Assembly: GCA_963834275.1 (NCBI GenBank)
Contig: CAWIBA010000006.1
Span: forward strand, 19,129 to 83,128
DNA from: an uncultured Actinomycetota bacterium
GTDB lineage: Bacteria > Actinomycetota > Actinomycetes > Propionibacteriales > Nocardioidaceae
Direction of reading: 5' to 3'
Length of the DNA: 64,000 bases
The notes under the pieces are model-generated. The model was given only the letters and a program-made list of their open reading frames with translations. It did not search any database and was not told the origin of the DNA. The position numbers were made by a program, and so were the translations under genes. Position 1 is the first letter of the stretch. Every line of letters begins with the position of its first letter. Shown piece by piece: positions 49,884 through 59,813 of this stretch.

Positions 49884-50804
49884 TTACTTGATGCCGGTCA
49901 TGGAGATGCCCTGCATGATGTGCCGCTGCAGGAAGAGGAACACCACGATGACCGGGATGACCACGACGACCGAGCCGGCGAGCAGCAGGCCGTACTGGGT
50001 GGAGTTCTGGCCGACCGCGTAGAGCGCGAGCGCGACCGGCAGCGTGTACTTGTCCTCGCTGGTGGCGACCACGAGCGGCCACAGGAAGTTGTTCCACGAG
50101 GACAGGAACGTGAGGATCCCGAGCGTGGCCAGCGCCGGCCAGCACAGCGGCATGACGACCGAGAAGAAGATCCGCAGCTCACCCGCACCGTCGACGCGGG
50201 CGGCCTGGATCAGCTCGTCGGGCAGGCTCTGGATGTACTGCCGCATGAGGAACACGCCGAACGGACCGGCCAGGAACGGCAGCGCCATGCCGGTGAGGGT
50301 GTTGGCGAGCCCGAGGTTCACGGTGAGCACGAACAGCGGCACGAACGTCACCACGCCGGGGATCATCAGCGTGCCGAGCACCACCGCGAACAGCGCCCGC
50401 TTGCCGGGGAAGTCGAGCTTGGCGAGCGCGTAGCCGAGCATCGAGCAGAACAGCATGTTGCCGACCGTCACGGCGGTCGCGACCAGGATCGAGTTGGTGA
50501 AGTACGTCGTGAAGTCGAGGCGGGTGAACAGCTCGTCGAAGTTGGCCCAGGTGACCGTCTCCGGCAACCAGGTCGGCGGCACCCGGCGGATCTCCGACTC
50601 GGGCTTGATGGCCGAGACGGCCATCCAGAGGAACGGGATCACCATCAGGATCAGCCCGACGCCGAGCGCGACGTAGGTGCCGGCCCCGCCCTGGTCGGGG
50701 TGGGACCCCCGCTTGGAGGGGCCGGTGCCGCGCGGCACGGTGACGGCCGGCCCGGTGCGCGTGGCCGTGCCCGTGGCGAGGGGCTCGTTGAGGTCGGTGC
50801 TCAC
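49884..50804 (-). CDS. Carbohydrate ABC transporter permease (MalG-like)
   Basis: EAA loop ELIQAARVDGA; WNNFLWPL. Confidence 0.93.
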   Translation of the reverse strand: MSTDLNEPLATGTATRTGPAVTVPRGTGPSKRGSHPDQGGAGTYVALGVGLILMVIPFLWMAVSAIKPESEIRRVPPTWLPETVTWANFDELFTRLDFTTYFTNSILVATAVTVGNMLFCSMLGYALAKLDFPGKRALFAVVLGTLMIPGVVTFVPLFVLTVNLGLANTLTGMALPFLAGPFGVFLMRQYIQSLPDELIQAARVDGAGELRIFFSVVMPLCWPALATLGILTFLSSWNNFLWPLVVATSEDKYTLPVALALYAVGQNSTQYGLLLAGSVVVVIPVIVVFLFLQRHIMQGISMTGIK

Positions 50805-50808
50805 GGCG

Positions 50809-51756
50809 TCAGTCCTTCTCACCGAGGATCTTGAACTGCACGAAGGTCAGCACCACGACCGCGAGGAACAGCAGGTAGCTGGCCGACGCGGCCAGCCCGT
50901 AGTTGCCGAAACCGAACTGGTCGTAGGTGAAGAACGTGACCGAGCGGGTCGCGTCGAGGGGGCCGCCCTTGGTCATCACGAAGGCCTCCTCGAAGAACTG
51001 CAGGTAGCCCAGCGACGTGATCACGGCACCGAAGAGCAGCGTCGGCTTGAGCATCGGGAGCGTGATCCGGCGGAACACCGCCCACCCGGTCGCGCCGTCG
51101 ACCTGCGCCGCCTCCTTGACCTCGTCGGGGATGGTCTGGAGACCGGCGAGGAAGATGATCATCAGGGTGCCCAGGTTGCGCCACGCCGCCATCACCACCA
51201 GCGCGGGCAGCGCCAGCGACGGGTTGTCCAGCCACTGCGGCTGCGGGAGCCCGACCGCCCCGAGTGCGGCGTTGATCAGGCCGCCCTCGGGCCGGTAGAG
51301 GAACTTCCACACCACCGAGACGGCCACGATGCTGGTGACCACGGGCAGGTAGTAGCCGATGCGGAACAGGCCCTTGAGCCGCTGGACGCGGTTGAGGGCG
51401 ACGGCGACGGCGAGCGCCAGCGTCATCGTGAGCGGCACCCCGAGCACGACGTACAGCCCGGTGTTGACCATCACCTTGCGGAACAGCGGGTCGCCGAGCA
51501 GCTGGGTGTAGTTCTCCAGGCCGACGAAGGAGACCGCGAACGGCGTGCGGATGTCGGTGCGCTTGATGTCGGTGAAGCTCATCCCGAGGCTCGCCAGCAC
51601 CGGCCCGGCCGTGAAGACCAGGAACAGCGCCAGGAACGGGAGGGCCAGGACCCATGCGGCGACAGCCTGCTGCCGCCGCATGGGGTCCGTGCCGCGCTTC
51701 GGCGCACCGGCGGCCGCGCCGCTGGTGGTGCCCGGAGACGCCGTGGTGGTCGCCAT
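50809..51756 (-). CDS. Carbohydrate ABC transporter permease (MalF-like)
   Basis: FVGLENY, EAAQVDGA and ITLPMLKP motifs. Confidence 0.93.
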   Translation of the reverse strand: MATTTASPGTTSGAAAGAPKRGTDPMRRQQAVAAWVLALPFLALFLVFTAGPVLASLGMSFTDIKRTDIRTPFAVSFVGLENYTQLLGDPLFRKVMVNTGLYVVLGVPLTMTLALAVAVALNRVQRLKGLFRIGYYLPVVTSIVAVSVVWKFLYRPEGGLINAALGAVGLPQPQWLDNPSLALPALVVMAAWRNLGTLMIIFLAGLQTIPDEVKEAAQVDGATGWAVFRRITLPMLKPTLLFGAVITSLGYLQFFEEAFVMTKGGPLDATRSVTFFTYDQFGFGNYGLAASASYLLFLAVVVLTFVQFKILGEKD

Positions 51757-51758
51757 CG

Positions 51759-53060
51759 TTACAGGCCGGTGCCGATCGAGCCGGCCTGCTTCTGCATGTC
51801 GGCGACGGCCTCGTCGACGGGCATGGCGCCCTTCACGGCCTTCTCGACGTTGCTGTCGACGACCGCGGCGACCTGCTCCCAGCTCGGGACGGCCGGCGGC
51901 GCCAGCGTGTTGTCGAGCTGCTCGCCGAAGACGCCCAGCTGCTCGTCGGAGGCCAGCTCGCCGGACTCCCAGGCGGCCTTGACGGCCGGCAGGTCACCGA
52001 GGGTGTCGTACCACTTCGACTGGACCTCGGGGTCCGCGAGCCACTGCACCAGCTTCCAGGCCGACTCCTTGTTGTCGGAGTCGGCGAAGACCGCGAGGTC
52101 GCCGCCGCCGACGAAGGAGGTGCCCGGGGCCTCGTCCTTGCCGGGCAGCGGGGCCACGGCGTACTCGTCCTGGCTCACTCCCGCGTCCTCGACGAGGCCG
52201 GTGTGCCAGGGGCCCGAGACGAAGGCGCCGTACTTGCCGTCGGCGAAGCCGCTCTCCAGCTCGCCGGCGTCGAGGGTGCCGTCGTTGGCGAGGCCCTCGT
52301 CGAAGAACGACTTGTAGTAGTCGAGCGCCTCGGTCATCTCCGGGGAGTCGAGGGTGTACTCGGTGCCGTCCTCGTTCGTGACGGACGCGCCGTTGGACCA
52401 GGCGAAGGGCAGCACGCTCTGCCAGGAGCCGGTCTGGCCGGGCTGGAGGTGCATGCCGTACTCGGCGCCGCCCTTGGCCTCCATGTCCTTCGCGAACTGC
52501 TTCAGCTCGTCCCAGCTGGTCGGAGCCTCGGACCAGCCGGCCTTCTCGGCCAGGTCCTTGCGGTAGTAGAGGACGCGCGTCTCGACGTACCAGGGGACGC
52601 CGTACGACGTGTCCCCGACCACGGTCGAGCCCCAGGCGCCCTCGAAGAAGTCGGCCTCGTCGACCAGGCCCTCGGGGGTGGGCTCCAGCCCGCCGGCCTC
52701 GGCGAACTCACCCATCCAGGTGGTGCCGATCAGGCTCACGTCGGGGGTCTCCCCGGCGGCGATCGCGTTCGACAGCTTGTCGTGGGCCGCCTCCCACGGG
52801 ACCGCCGTCACCTTGACGTCGGCGTCGGGGTTGTCCTTCTCGAAGTCCGCGACGAAGTCCCCGAGCATCTCGCCCTCGGTGCCCATCGCCCAGATGTCGA
52901 TGGTGCCGGTGGCCTCGCCCTCCGAGACGGCCTCGCTCTGACCGGGGCCGTCGCCCTCGGCGGTGCTGTCCCGGCCGCAGCCGCTCAGCGCCAGGCTCGC
53001 CACGGCGAGCACCGCCAGGGTCCGGCCCGCAGCCTGCGCAGGTCGACGAATTCGACTCAT
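51759..53060 (-). CDS. Sugar ABC transporter substrate-binding lipoprotein
   Basis: Start MSRIRRP; lipobox LSGC; YGVPWYVETRVLYYRKD. Confidence 0.92.
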   Translation of the reverse strand: MSRIRRPAQAAGRTLAVLAVASLALSGCGRDSTAEGDGPGQSEAVSEGEATGTIDIWAMGTEGEMLGDFVADFEKDNPDADVKVTAVPWEAAHDKLSNAIAAGETPDVSLIGTTWMGEFAEAGGLEPTPEGLVDEADFFEGAWGSTVVGDTSYGVPWYVETRVLYYRKDLAEKAGWSEAPTSWDELKQFAKDMEAKGGAEYGMHLQPGQTGSWQSVLPFAWSNGASVTNEDGTEYTLDSPEMTEALDYYKSFFDEGLANDGTLDAGELESGFADGKYGAFVSGPWHTGLVEDAGVSQDEYAVAPLPGKDEAPGTSFVGGGDLAVFADSDNKESAWKLVQWLADPEVQSKWYDTLGDLPAVKAAWESGELASDEQLGVFGEQLDNTLAPPAVPSWEQVAAVVDSNVEKAVKGAMPVDEAVADMQKQAGSIGTGL

Positions 53061-53077
53061 CGGATTCCTCTCACTTC

Positions 53078-54067
53078 TCACTTCGGTGCTGTGCTGGTCC
53101 GGATGACCAGCTCGGTGGGGAGCAGCTCGTGGCGCGGCTCGCTGCGAGCGCCCGTGACCAGCTCGTCGAGCAGCCGCGCGGCGGTGCCGCCCAGCGCACG
53201 CATGGGTTGCCGGACGGTGGTGAGGCCGGCGTACCGCGCCGCCATCACGTCGTCCCAGCCGGTGACCATCACCCGGCCGGGCACGTCGACGCCTTCGCCG
53301 GTCAGGGTGGCCATCAGGCCGAGCGCCAGCTCGTCGTTGGCGCAGAGGAACGCGTCGGGAAGGCCGTCCCGGCCCCGCTCGAGGGCCGCGCGCGCCACCT
53401 CGACGCCCGTCTCCTCGCCGTAGCCGTCCACGTGCTCGACGACCAGCTCGGCGTCCGGGGCGCCGGCGAACGCCTCCTGGACGCCGGACCATCGGGCCGC
53501 GACGTCGGGCGAGGCCTCCGGTGCGCCCACGAAGGTGACCCGGCGGGCGCCGCGCTCGAGCACGTGCCGGCCGAGCGTCACCGCGGTGCCGCGGTTGTCG
53601 GCGTTGACCGAGTCCACCTCGCCGATCGGCGGGCGGGCCAGCAGCACGACGGGCATGCCCCGCCCGACGAGGCGCTCGACGACCGTGTCGGAGACGGTGC
53701 GGCCCATCACGACCATGCCGTCGCAGCGGGTGGCCAGGTCCTCGACCATGGCGGGGGCCGCGTCGCGGCCGTTGGTGGACAGGATCAGCACCGAGCGCTC
53801 GCGCTCGGCGGCGACGGCCTCGTAGCCGAGGAGCACCTCGGCGTAGTAGGGGCCGGACAGGTCCGGGAAGACGATGCCGTTGGCCGCGTGCCGGCGCTCG
53901 GCGAGCTGCCGGCCGAGCCGGCTGGGGGTGAACTGCAGCGCCTCGGCCGCCTCCAGCACCCGCGCCCGGGTGTCCTTGCGGACGCTGCCGGAGTCCCGCA
54001 GCGCCCGGGAGACGGTGGCGATGGAGACTCCGGCCTCCAGGGCGACGTCGCGGATCGTGGGCCGCAC
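53078..54067 (-). CDS. LacI-family transcriptional regulator
   Basis: PTIRDVALEAGVSIATVSRAL, CANDELALG and LTTVRQP motifs. Confidence 0.93.
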   Translation of the reverse strand: MRPTIRDVALEAGVSIATVSRALRDSGSVRKDTRARVLEAAEALQFTPSRLGRQLAERRHAANGIVFPDLSGPYYAEVLLGYEAVAAERERSVLILSTNGRDAAPAMVEDLATRCDGMVVMGRTVSDTVVERLVGRGMPVVLLARPPIGEVDSVNADNRGTAVTLGRHVLERGARRVTFVGAPEASPDVAARWSGVQEAFAGAPDAELVVEHVDGYGEETGVEVARAALERGRDGLPDAFLCANDELALGLMATLTGEGVDVPGRVMVTGWDDVMAARYAGLTTVRQPMRALGGTAARLLDELVTGARSEPRHELLPTELVIRTSTAPK

Positions 54068-54109
54068 AGCTTCACCTCCCGAGTGGTGTGGAACCGCATC
54101 GTTCCGGAA

Positions 54110-54136
54110 TGTAACCGGTTTCTGTAAGCGGTTACA
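54110..54136. promoter_or_regulatory. Tandem LacI-type operators
   Basis: TGTAACCGGTTTCT and TGTAAGCGGTTACA, just downstream of a minus-strand TTGACA-N18-CACGGT promoter. Confidence 0.75.
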
Positions 54137-54304
54137 CAACCGTGCCCGTCGTCACAACGCGCTGTCAACCCCCCGTCCGCGACCGGGGCTGCCGGGGGCC
54201 GCCGTCGGCGCCGGCACCGTGAGGGTTCCCCGAGGTCACCCTCCGTCCCGGCGCTCCGGTCGCCGTCGTAGGGTGACTCCGGTCACACACTCTCGGGAGG
54301 TCAC

Positions 54305-55783
54305 ATGAGCACCATCGAACGCCGCACCCTGCTCAAGACCGGGCTCGCCGCCGCCGCGGTCGGCGGACCGTTCGCCGGCTTCGTCAGCTCGGCCGCGGGC
54401 GCCGTCGTGCCCGCCGGCGCGGCACGCGCCGGGCTGGTGCCGGTCCGCGACAGGCGCGACGGACAGGTGCGCCTGCACCTCCCGAGCGGTTTCCACTACC
54501 GCTCGTTCCACGACACCGAGAAGCCGGTGGAGCTGCCGGACGGCACCCGCCTCCCCGGCCGCCACGACGGCATGGGTGCCTTCCCGGGACCCGGCGACAC
54601 CGTCTACCTGGTCCGCAACCACGAGGTGGGCGGCGCCCCGGGCGCGTTCGGGCCGCGCACCCCCTATGACGCGGCTGCCGGCGGCGGCACGACGACCATC
54701 CACGCGACGCTCGACGGGCGGGTGCTGGACGCCTGGACCAGCCTCAACGGCACGATGAGCAACTGCTCCGGCGGCATCATGCCCTGGGGCTCGTGGGTCA
54801 CCTGCGAGGAGACCGTCAACGGCCCGGACGTGGGTCCGGACTTCACCGGCACGCCCAACGTCGGGCTGCAGAAGCCCCACGGCTACGTCTACGAGGTGCC
54901 GGTCGACCGCGACCGCGAACCCGGCGGGCCGATCACCGCGGCCGGCCGGTTCGCGCACGAGGCGGTCTCGTTCGACCCCGAGCAGGGCCGGCTCTACCTC
55001 ACCGAGGACAACTTCGCGTTCGCGTCGGGCTTCTACCGCTACACGCCCGGAAGCGACCCGGTGCGCACCGGCCGGCTCGACAACGACGGCGACCTCGAGA
55101 TGCTCAAGGTCAGAGGCCGCGACAACGTGCACCTCGAGGGCAGCCACCCGCGCGGCACCACCTTCGAGGTGGAGTGGGTGCCGATCAGGACGCCCGACCC
55201 GACCTTCCGCTACACCCCCGGCAAGCCGGCGCGGACCACCAACGACGAGGCCCTCACCTTCGTCAGCTCGCAGGGCTGGAAGAGGGGTGCGGCCCTCTTC
55301 TCCCGGCTCGAGGGGCAGGTCTACGAGGACGGGGTGGTGTTCTTCACCTCGACCCAGGGTGGCGGCGCCCCCGAGACCGGCACGCACGACCCGGCCGGCT
55401 TCGGCAACGGCCACGGCCAGGTCTGGGCCTACGACACCCGCAAGGAGACGCTCACCCTGGTCTTCGAGTCCCCCGGTCCGGACACCCTCGACTTCCCCGA
55501 CAACGTCACCACCCGCAACGGCACGATCGTGGTCTGCGAGGACGGCTCCGAGGACAACTACGTGCGGGCGCTGCGTCCCGACGGCGAGCTGGTCAACATC
55601 GCCTGGAACCAGCTCTTCGTCGACCGCGACAGTGACCCGGACACTCCCCCGGTCGACCGCACCGACGACGAGTTCGCCGGCTCGACGTTCAGCCCGGACG
55701 GGAAGACCCTGTTCGTCAACATCCAGTCCAGCCGCGGCATGACCTTCGCGATCTGGGGGCCGTGGCACACCCTCGGCATGTGA
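54305..55783 (+). CDS. phoX: PhoX (DUF839) family alkaline phosphatase, Tat-exported
   Basis: ERRTLLK signal; HDGM, NHE, NCSGG, TCEE, GRFAHEA, DNV, CEDG and EFAG..FSPDG..FVNIQ motifs. Confidence 0.88.
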   Translation: MSTIERRTLLKTGLAAAAVGGPFAGFVSSAAGAVVPAGAARAGLVPVRDRRDGQVRLHLPSGFHYRSFHDTEKPVELPDGTRLPGRHDGMGAFPGPGDTVYLVRNHEVGGAPGAFGPRTPYDAAAGGGTTTIHATLDGRVLDAWTSLNGTMSNCSGGIMPWGSWVTCEETVNGPDVGPDFTGTPNVGLQKPHGYVYEVPVDRDREPGGPITAAGRFAHEAVSFDPEQGRLYLTEDNFAFASGFYRYTPGSDPVRTGRLDNDGDLEMLKVRGRDNVHLEGSHPRGTTFEVEWVPIRTPDPTFRYTPGKPARTTNDEALTFVSSQGWKRGAALFSRLEGQVYEDGVVFFTSTQGGGAPETGTHDPAGFGNGHGQVWAYDTRKETLTLVFESPGPDTLDFPDNVTTRNGTIVVCEDGSEDNYVRALRPDGELVNIAWNQLFVDRDSDPDTPPVDRTDDEFAGSTFSPDGKTLFVNIQSSRGMTFAIWGPWHTLGM

Positions 55784-55868
55784 TGGGCGACGATTCGTCT
55801 GCGGTCGTCGGCGCGACTCCCGGAGGACGACCGCAGACGAGTCGACCGCCGCACCGTCCGGAGGACCC

Positions 55869-56654
55869 ATGGACCTGACGTCGTACCACGCCTTCACCCA
55901 GGCGGTGGTCACCTCGCTCACCGCCCGTGGCGACGTGCTGGGACTGGTCGCGGTGGGGTCGGCCGCCGGCGAGCCGGACGCCTACTCCGACCACGACCTG
56001 TTCGTGATCGCCGCACCGGCCGACGCCGAGGGGCTGCGCCGCGACGTCACCTGGCTCCCCGACAGTGACCGCCTGGTGCTGGTGTTCCGCGAGACCGAGC
56101 ACGGCGTCAAGGCCGTGTACGACGACGGGCACGTGGTGGAGCTGGCGGTGTTCACCCCCGACCAGATCGCGCTGGCCGGGGTGAACCGCTACGAGGTGCT
56201 GATCGACGGCGGCAACCTGCGCGAGCGGATGGCCGCGGCCGCGCACGGCTCGGCGCAGAGGGCCGGGTCGCCCGACCGCTCGGACGCGTGGCTCGTCGGC
56301 CAGCTGCTGACCGCGCTGCTCGTCGGCGTGCAGCGGCACCGACGGGGCGAGAAGGTCTCGGCGGTCGACTTCGTGCACCACCACGCGTTGCAGCACTTCC
56401 TGGTGCTGCTGGGGCGGCACGTGCCCGCGGACCGCCCGGAGGCCCGCGACGACCTCAACCCCTCCCGCCGGGTCGAGCAGGCGTGGCCGGCGGTCGGGCT
56501 GGCGCTGTCGGCCCTGCTCGCGACCGGCAACCTCGAGCGCACCGCGCTGGGACTGCTCGACCTCGCCTCGGACCTGTTCCGCCCGCACCTGACCGACGCG
56601 TCGTCCCCGGACCACGCCTGGGCGACGGTCCGCGGCTACCTCACCCGCCGCTGA
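55869..56654 (+). CDS. Pol-beta-type nucleotidyltransferase (LinB/AadK-like architecture)
   Basis: VGS...DAYSDHDLFV motif plus a helical C-terminal domain with RRGE. Confidence 0.7.
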   Translation: MDLTSYHAFTQAVVTSLTARGDVLGLVAVGSAAGEPDAYSDHDLFVIAAPADAEGLRRDVTWLPDSDRLVLVFRETEHGVKAVYDDGHVVELAVFTPDQIALAGVNRYEVLIDGGNLRERMAAAAHGSAQRAGSPDRSDAWLVGQLLTALLVGVQRHRRGEKVSAVDFVHHHALQHFLVLLGRHVPADRPEARDDLNPSRRVEQAWPAVGLALSALLATGNLERTALGLLDLASDLFRPHLTDASSPDHAWATVRGYLTRR

Positions 56655-57098
56655 GCAGCCCGGCCCACCGGTCGGCCATCCGCGCGAACACCAGCCGGTG
56701 CGTGGCGAGGTTGGCCCACCAGTAGGCGTGCCCGGGCGGCCCCGCCGGGTCGAAGCTCCGAGCGCAGCACCAGCCGCGTGCCCCCGTCGCCCGCGGCTCG
56801 ACCGTCACGCCGAGGTAGGCCGCGCCGGGCAGCCGCGTCAGCGCGCGCAGCCGGAGCAGCGGGGAACCCGTCGACTCGACCACCCAGAAGTCGACGGTGT
56901 CCCCGGTCTCCAGGGGTCGCGCCGGCCGGCCGAGCCGGAAGTCCGGAGCCGCCCGTGGCGCGGTCGGCGAACCCCCGGACCCGCCACAGCAGGTGCGGCG
57001 TCCAGCGCCGCGGGTCGCCGCCGAGACCGGTCAGCTCCGTGCCACGCCGCCTCGGCCGGCACGGCCAGGTCGCGCGCGTTGCCGTCGACGTACGGCAC
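56641..57098 (-). CDS. DUF2867 family protein (frameshifted)
   Basis: Fragments LWRVRGFADRATGG, GDTVDFWVVE, LRLRALTRLPGAAYL and FDPAGPPGHAYWW...HRLVFARM. Confidence 0.65.
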
Positions 57099-57101
57099 CG
57101 G

Positions 57102-58650
57102 TCAGGCGGGCGAGGTCAGGTACGGCGCGAGGTCTCCGGCCAGCTCCTCGTGGACGCGACCGCGCACGACGGTGCCGTCCCCGGTGTGCTCGACGTGCTC
57201 GACCTCACCGGAGACGTGGATCCGGTTCAGCAGGTCACCGCGCTCGTAGGGCAGCAGCGCCTCGAAGTCGACCCCGGGCTGCGGCAGCTCGTCCTCGACC
57301 CGGGCCAGCGCCTCGACGATGCCCTCCCCGGTCTTGGCCGACACCACGACCGAGTGCGGCTCGCGCTGCCGGAGCCGCGCGAGCACCATCGGGTCGGCCG
57401 CGTCGGCCTTGTTGATCACGACCAGCTCGGGCACCTTGTCGGCACCGATCTCGGCGAACACCTCCCGCACGGCGGCCAGCTGCCCCTCGGGGTCGGCGTG
57501 CGACCCGTCGACCACGTGCAGGATCAGGTCGGAGTCGGCGACCTCCTCGAGCGTGGAGCGGAAGGCCTCGACCAGCTGGTGCGGCAGGTGCCGGACGAAC
57601 CCGACGGTGTCGGACATCGTGTAGATGCGCCCGTCGGTGGTCTGGGTGCTCCGGGTGGTCGGGTCCAGCGTCGCGAACAGGGAGTCCTCGACGAGCACGC
57701 CGGCGTCGGTGAGCCGGTTGAGCAGCGAGGACTTGCCGGCGTTGGTGTAGCCGGCGATCGCCACCGACGGCACCTGGTGACGGCGGCGCTCGGCGCGCTT
57801 GGTGTCGCGGGTGGTGCGCATGTGCGCCAGCTCGCGGCGGAGCTTGGCGATCTTGGTGTTGATCCGGCGCCGGTCGGTCTCGATCTTGGTCTCACCGGGA
57901 CCGCGGCCACCGATGCCGCCGCCCTGCGAGCCGACCCGACCACCGGCCTGGCGGGACAGGTTGCCACCCCAGCCGCGCAGCCGCTGCTTCATGTAGCTGA
58001 GCTGGGCGAGCTCGACCTGGGCCTGACCCTCGCGGGACTTGGCGTGCTGGGCGAAGATGTCGAGGATCAGCGCGGTGCGGTCGACGACCTTGACCTTGAC
58101 CCGGTCCTCGAGGTTCCTCAGCTGGGAGGGAGCGAGCTCGCCGTCGCAGATCACGGTGTCGGCGCCGGTCGCCTGGACGATCTCGCGCAGCCCGTCGACC
58201 TTGCCACGACCGATGTAGGTCGCCGGGTCGGGCTTCTGCCGCCGCTGGTAGAGCGCGTCGAGCACCTGGGAGCCCGCGGTCTCGGCGAGCAGCGCGAGCT
58301 CGGCCATCGAGTTCTCGGCGTCCTCGACCGACCCCTCGGTCCAGACCCCGACCAGCACGACCCGCTCCAGGCGGAGCTGGCGGTACTCGACCTCGGAGAT
58401 GTCCTCGAGCTCGGTGGACAGGCCCGCGACCCGGCGCAGCGCGTGCCGTGCGGCCAGGTCGACGTCGCCGGTGGTTCGTCGGAGCCCTCGGGGTCCTCGT
58501 CGGCGTAGCCGGACTCGAGGTCGAGGTCCGGCCTCGCCGGAGTCCAGGTCGTCGGGGTCGTCCCACGACTCGGTGTCGGCGAGCTCGGCGTCGAGGTCGA
58601 AGTCCTCGACGACCGGGACGGGGCTGCTCGTTCGGAAGTGCGTTCGTCAT
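57102..58650 (-). CDS. hflX: GTPase HflX (frameshifts in the acidic N-terminal part)
   Basis: LRRVAGLSTELEDISEVEYRQLRLE, GRGPGET, GYTNAGKS, LFATLD, DTVGF and NKAD motifs. Confidence 0.93.
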
Positions 58651-59531
58651 GTCCGTTCAGGGTCGCACGGCCGGTCGGCGGCGAGCCATTCCAGCCAGTT
58701 ACCGTCCGCGACCAGCACGGCCGGTCCGGTGAGCAGGACGATGGTCCTCGTCGGTCCAGGTCACGTGGAGCGTCCCTCCTGGAACGTCCACCCGGTACGG
58801 ACGTATTCCGCTCGCCGCCGTCGGCGAGCGCGGAGGCGACCATCACCGCGCACGCCCCGGTGCCGCAGGAGCGGGTCTCCCCCGAGCCGCGCTCGTGCAC
58901 CCGCATCGCCACGTGCCGCTCACCGCGGCGGACGACGAACTCGACGTTGACCCCGCGCGGGTAGACCGACTCGGGTCGTGACCGGGCGGCTCCGCCAGCG
59001 CACCGGCGTCGTCGAGGGAGTCCACGAAGGCCACGGCGTGCGGGTTGCCCATCGACACGTGCAGCGCCGGCCAGGCGGCCCGGACCGACCGTCACCTTGG
59101 TCTCGCCGAGCACCTCCGGGCGGCCCATGTCGACCGTCACGACGCCGTCGTGGCCGAACGTGACGGTGAGCACCCCGGTCCGGGTGCCGATCGGCAGCGG
59201 CCGGTCCGGGTCGGCCCCCTGGTGCTCGACGAGGTAGCGCGCGAACACCCGGATGCCGTTGCCGCACATCTCCGAGGTGGACCCGTCGGAGTTGCGGTAG
59301 TCCATGAACCACTCGGCCTCGGCCGCGCGCGGCGACGCTGGCCGGGTCGTCGTACGACGCGGTCCGGACCGCGCGGAGCACCCCGTCGCCGCCCAGGCCG
59401 GCGCGCCGGTCGCACAGCCGCGCCACCAGGTCGGGCGACAGGTCGCCGTGGACGGTGCCGTCGGGGTCGGGCAGCAGCACGAAGTCGTTCTCCGTGCCGT
59501 GGCCCTTGAGGAAGCGGAAGGTGCCGGTCAT
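58647..59531 (-). CDS. dapF: Diaminopimelate epimerase (several frameshifts; 3' end uncertain)
   Basis: [31 protein letters not shown] and [14 protein letters not shown] motifs in different frames. Confidence 0.9.
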
Positions 59532-59568
59532 CCCCCCAGTCTAGGAGCGCCCGCGTGTCTCCCGGATC

Positions 59569-59590
59569 TGTCGGTCCGGAATGTCACCGT
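59569..59590 (+). promoter_or_regulatory. PafBC-type (RecA-NDp) promoter
   Basis: TGTCGG-tccggaatgt-CA-ccg-T, 6 nt before the ATG at 59597. Confidence 0.6.
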
Positions 59591-59596
59591 GGGGGC

Positions 59597-59791
59597 ATGG
59601 AGAGCTCACAGGTGCTGATGCTGCACGGGACGGTGGCCTGGTGCCCCGACTGTGCCGACGAGTGCGTGCTGGTCCCCACCGAGGTCCTCGGCGACTTCTG
59701 CTGCACCGCGTGCGACGCCGCCGTGTTCGTCCCGCAGGCGGTGCCGGGCGTCACCGCGGGCACGAGCACCGTGGACCGGCTGGCCGGCTGA
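59597..59791 (+). CDS. Small zinc-ribbon protein (64 aa)
   Basis: WCPDC-x16-CTAC; apparently leaderless. Confidence 0.7.
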   Translation: MESSQVLMLHGTVAWCPDCADECVLVPTEVLGDFCCTACDAAVFVPQAVPGVTAGTSTVDRLAG

Positions 59792-59813
59792 GCCCCGGCC
59801 CGGCCCGCCTGGC

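Noticed and set aside
54220-54250. PHO box upstream of phoX
   Set aside because: The GTTCCCC and GGTCACC half-sites are not at 11-bp spacing; too weak to call.
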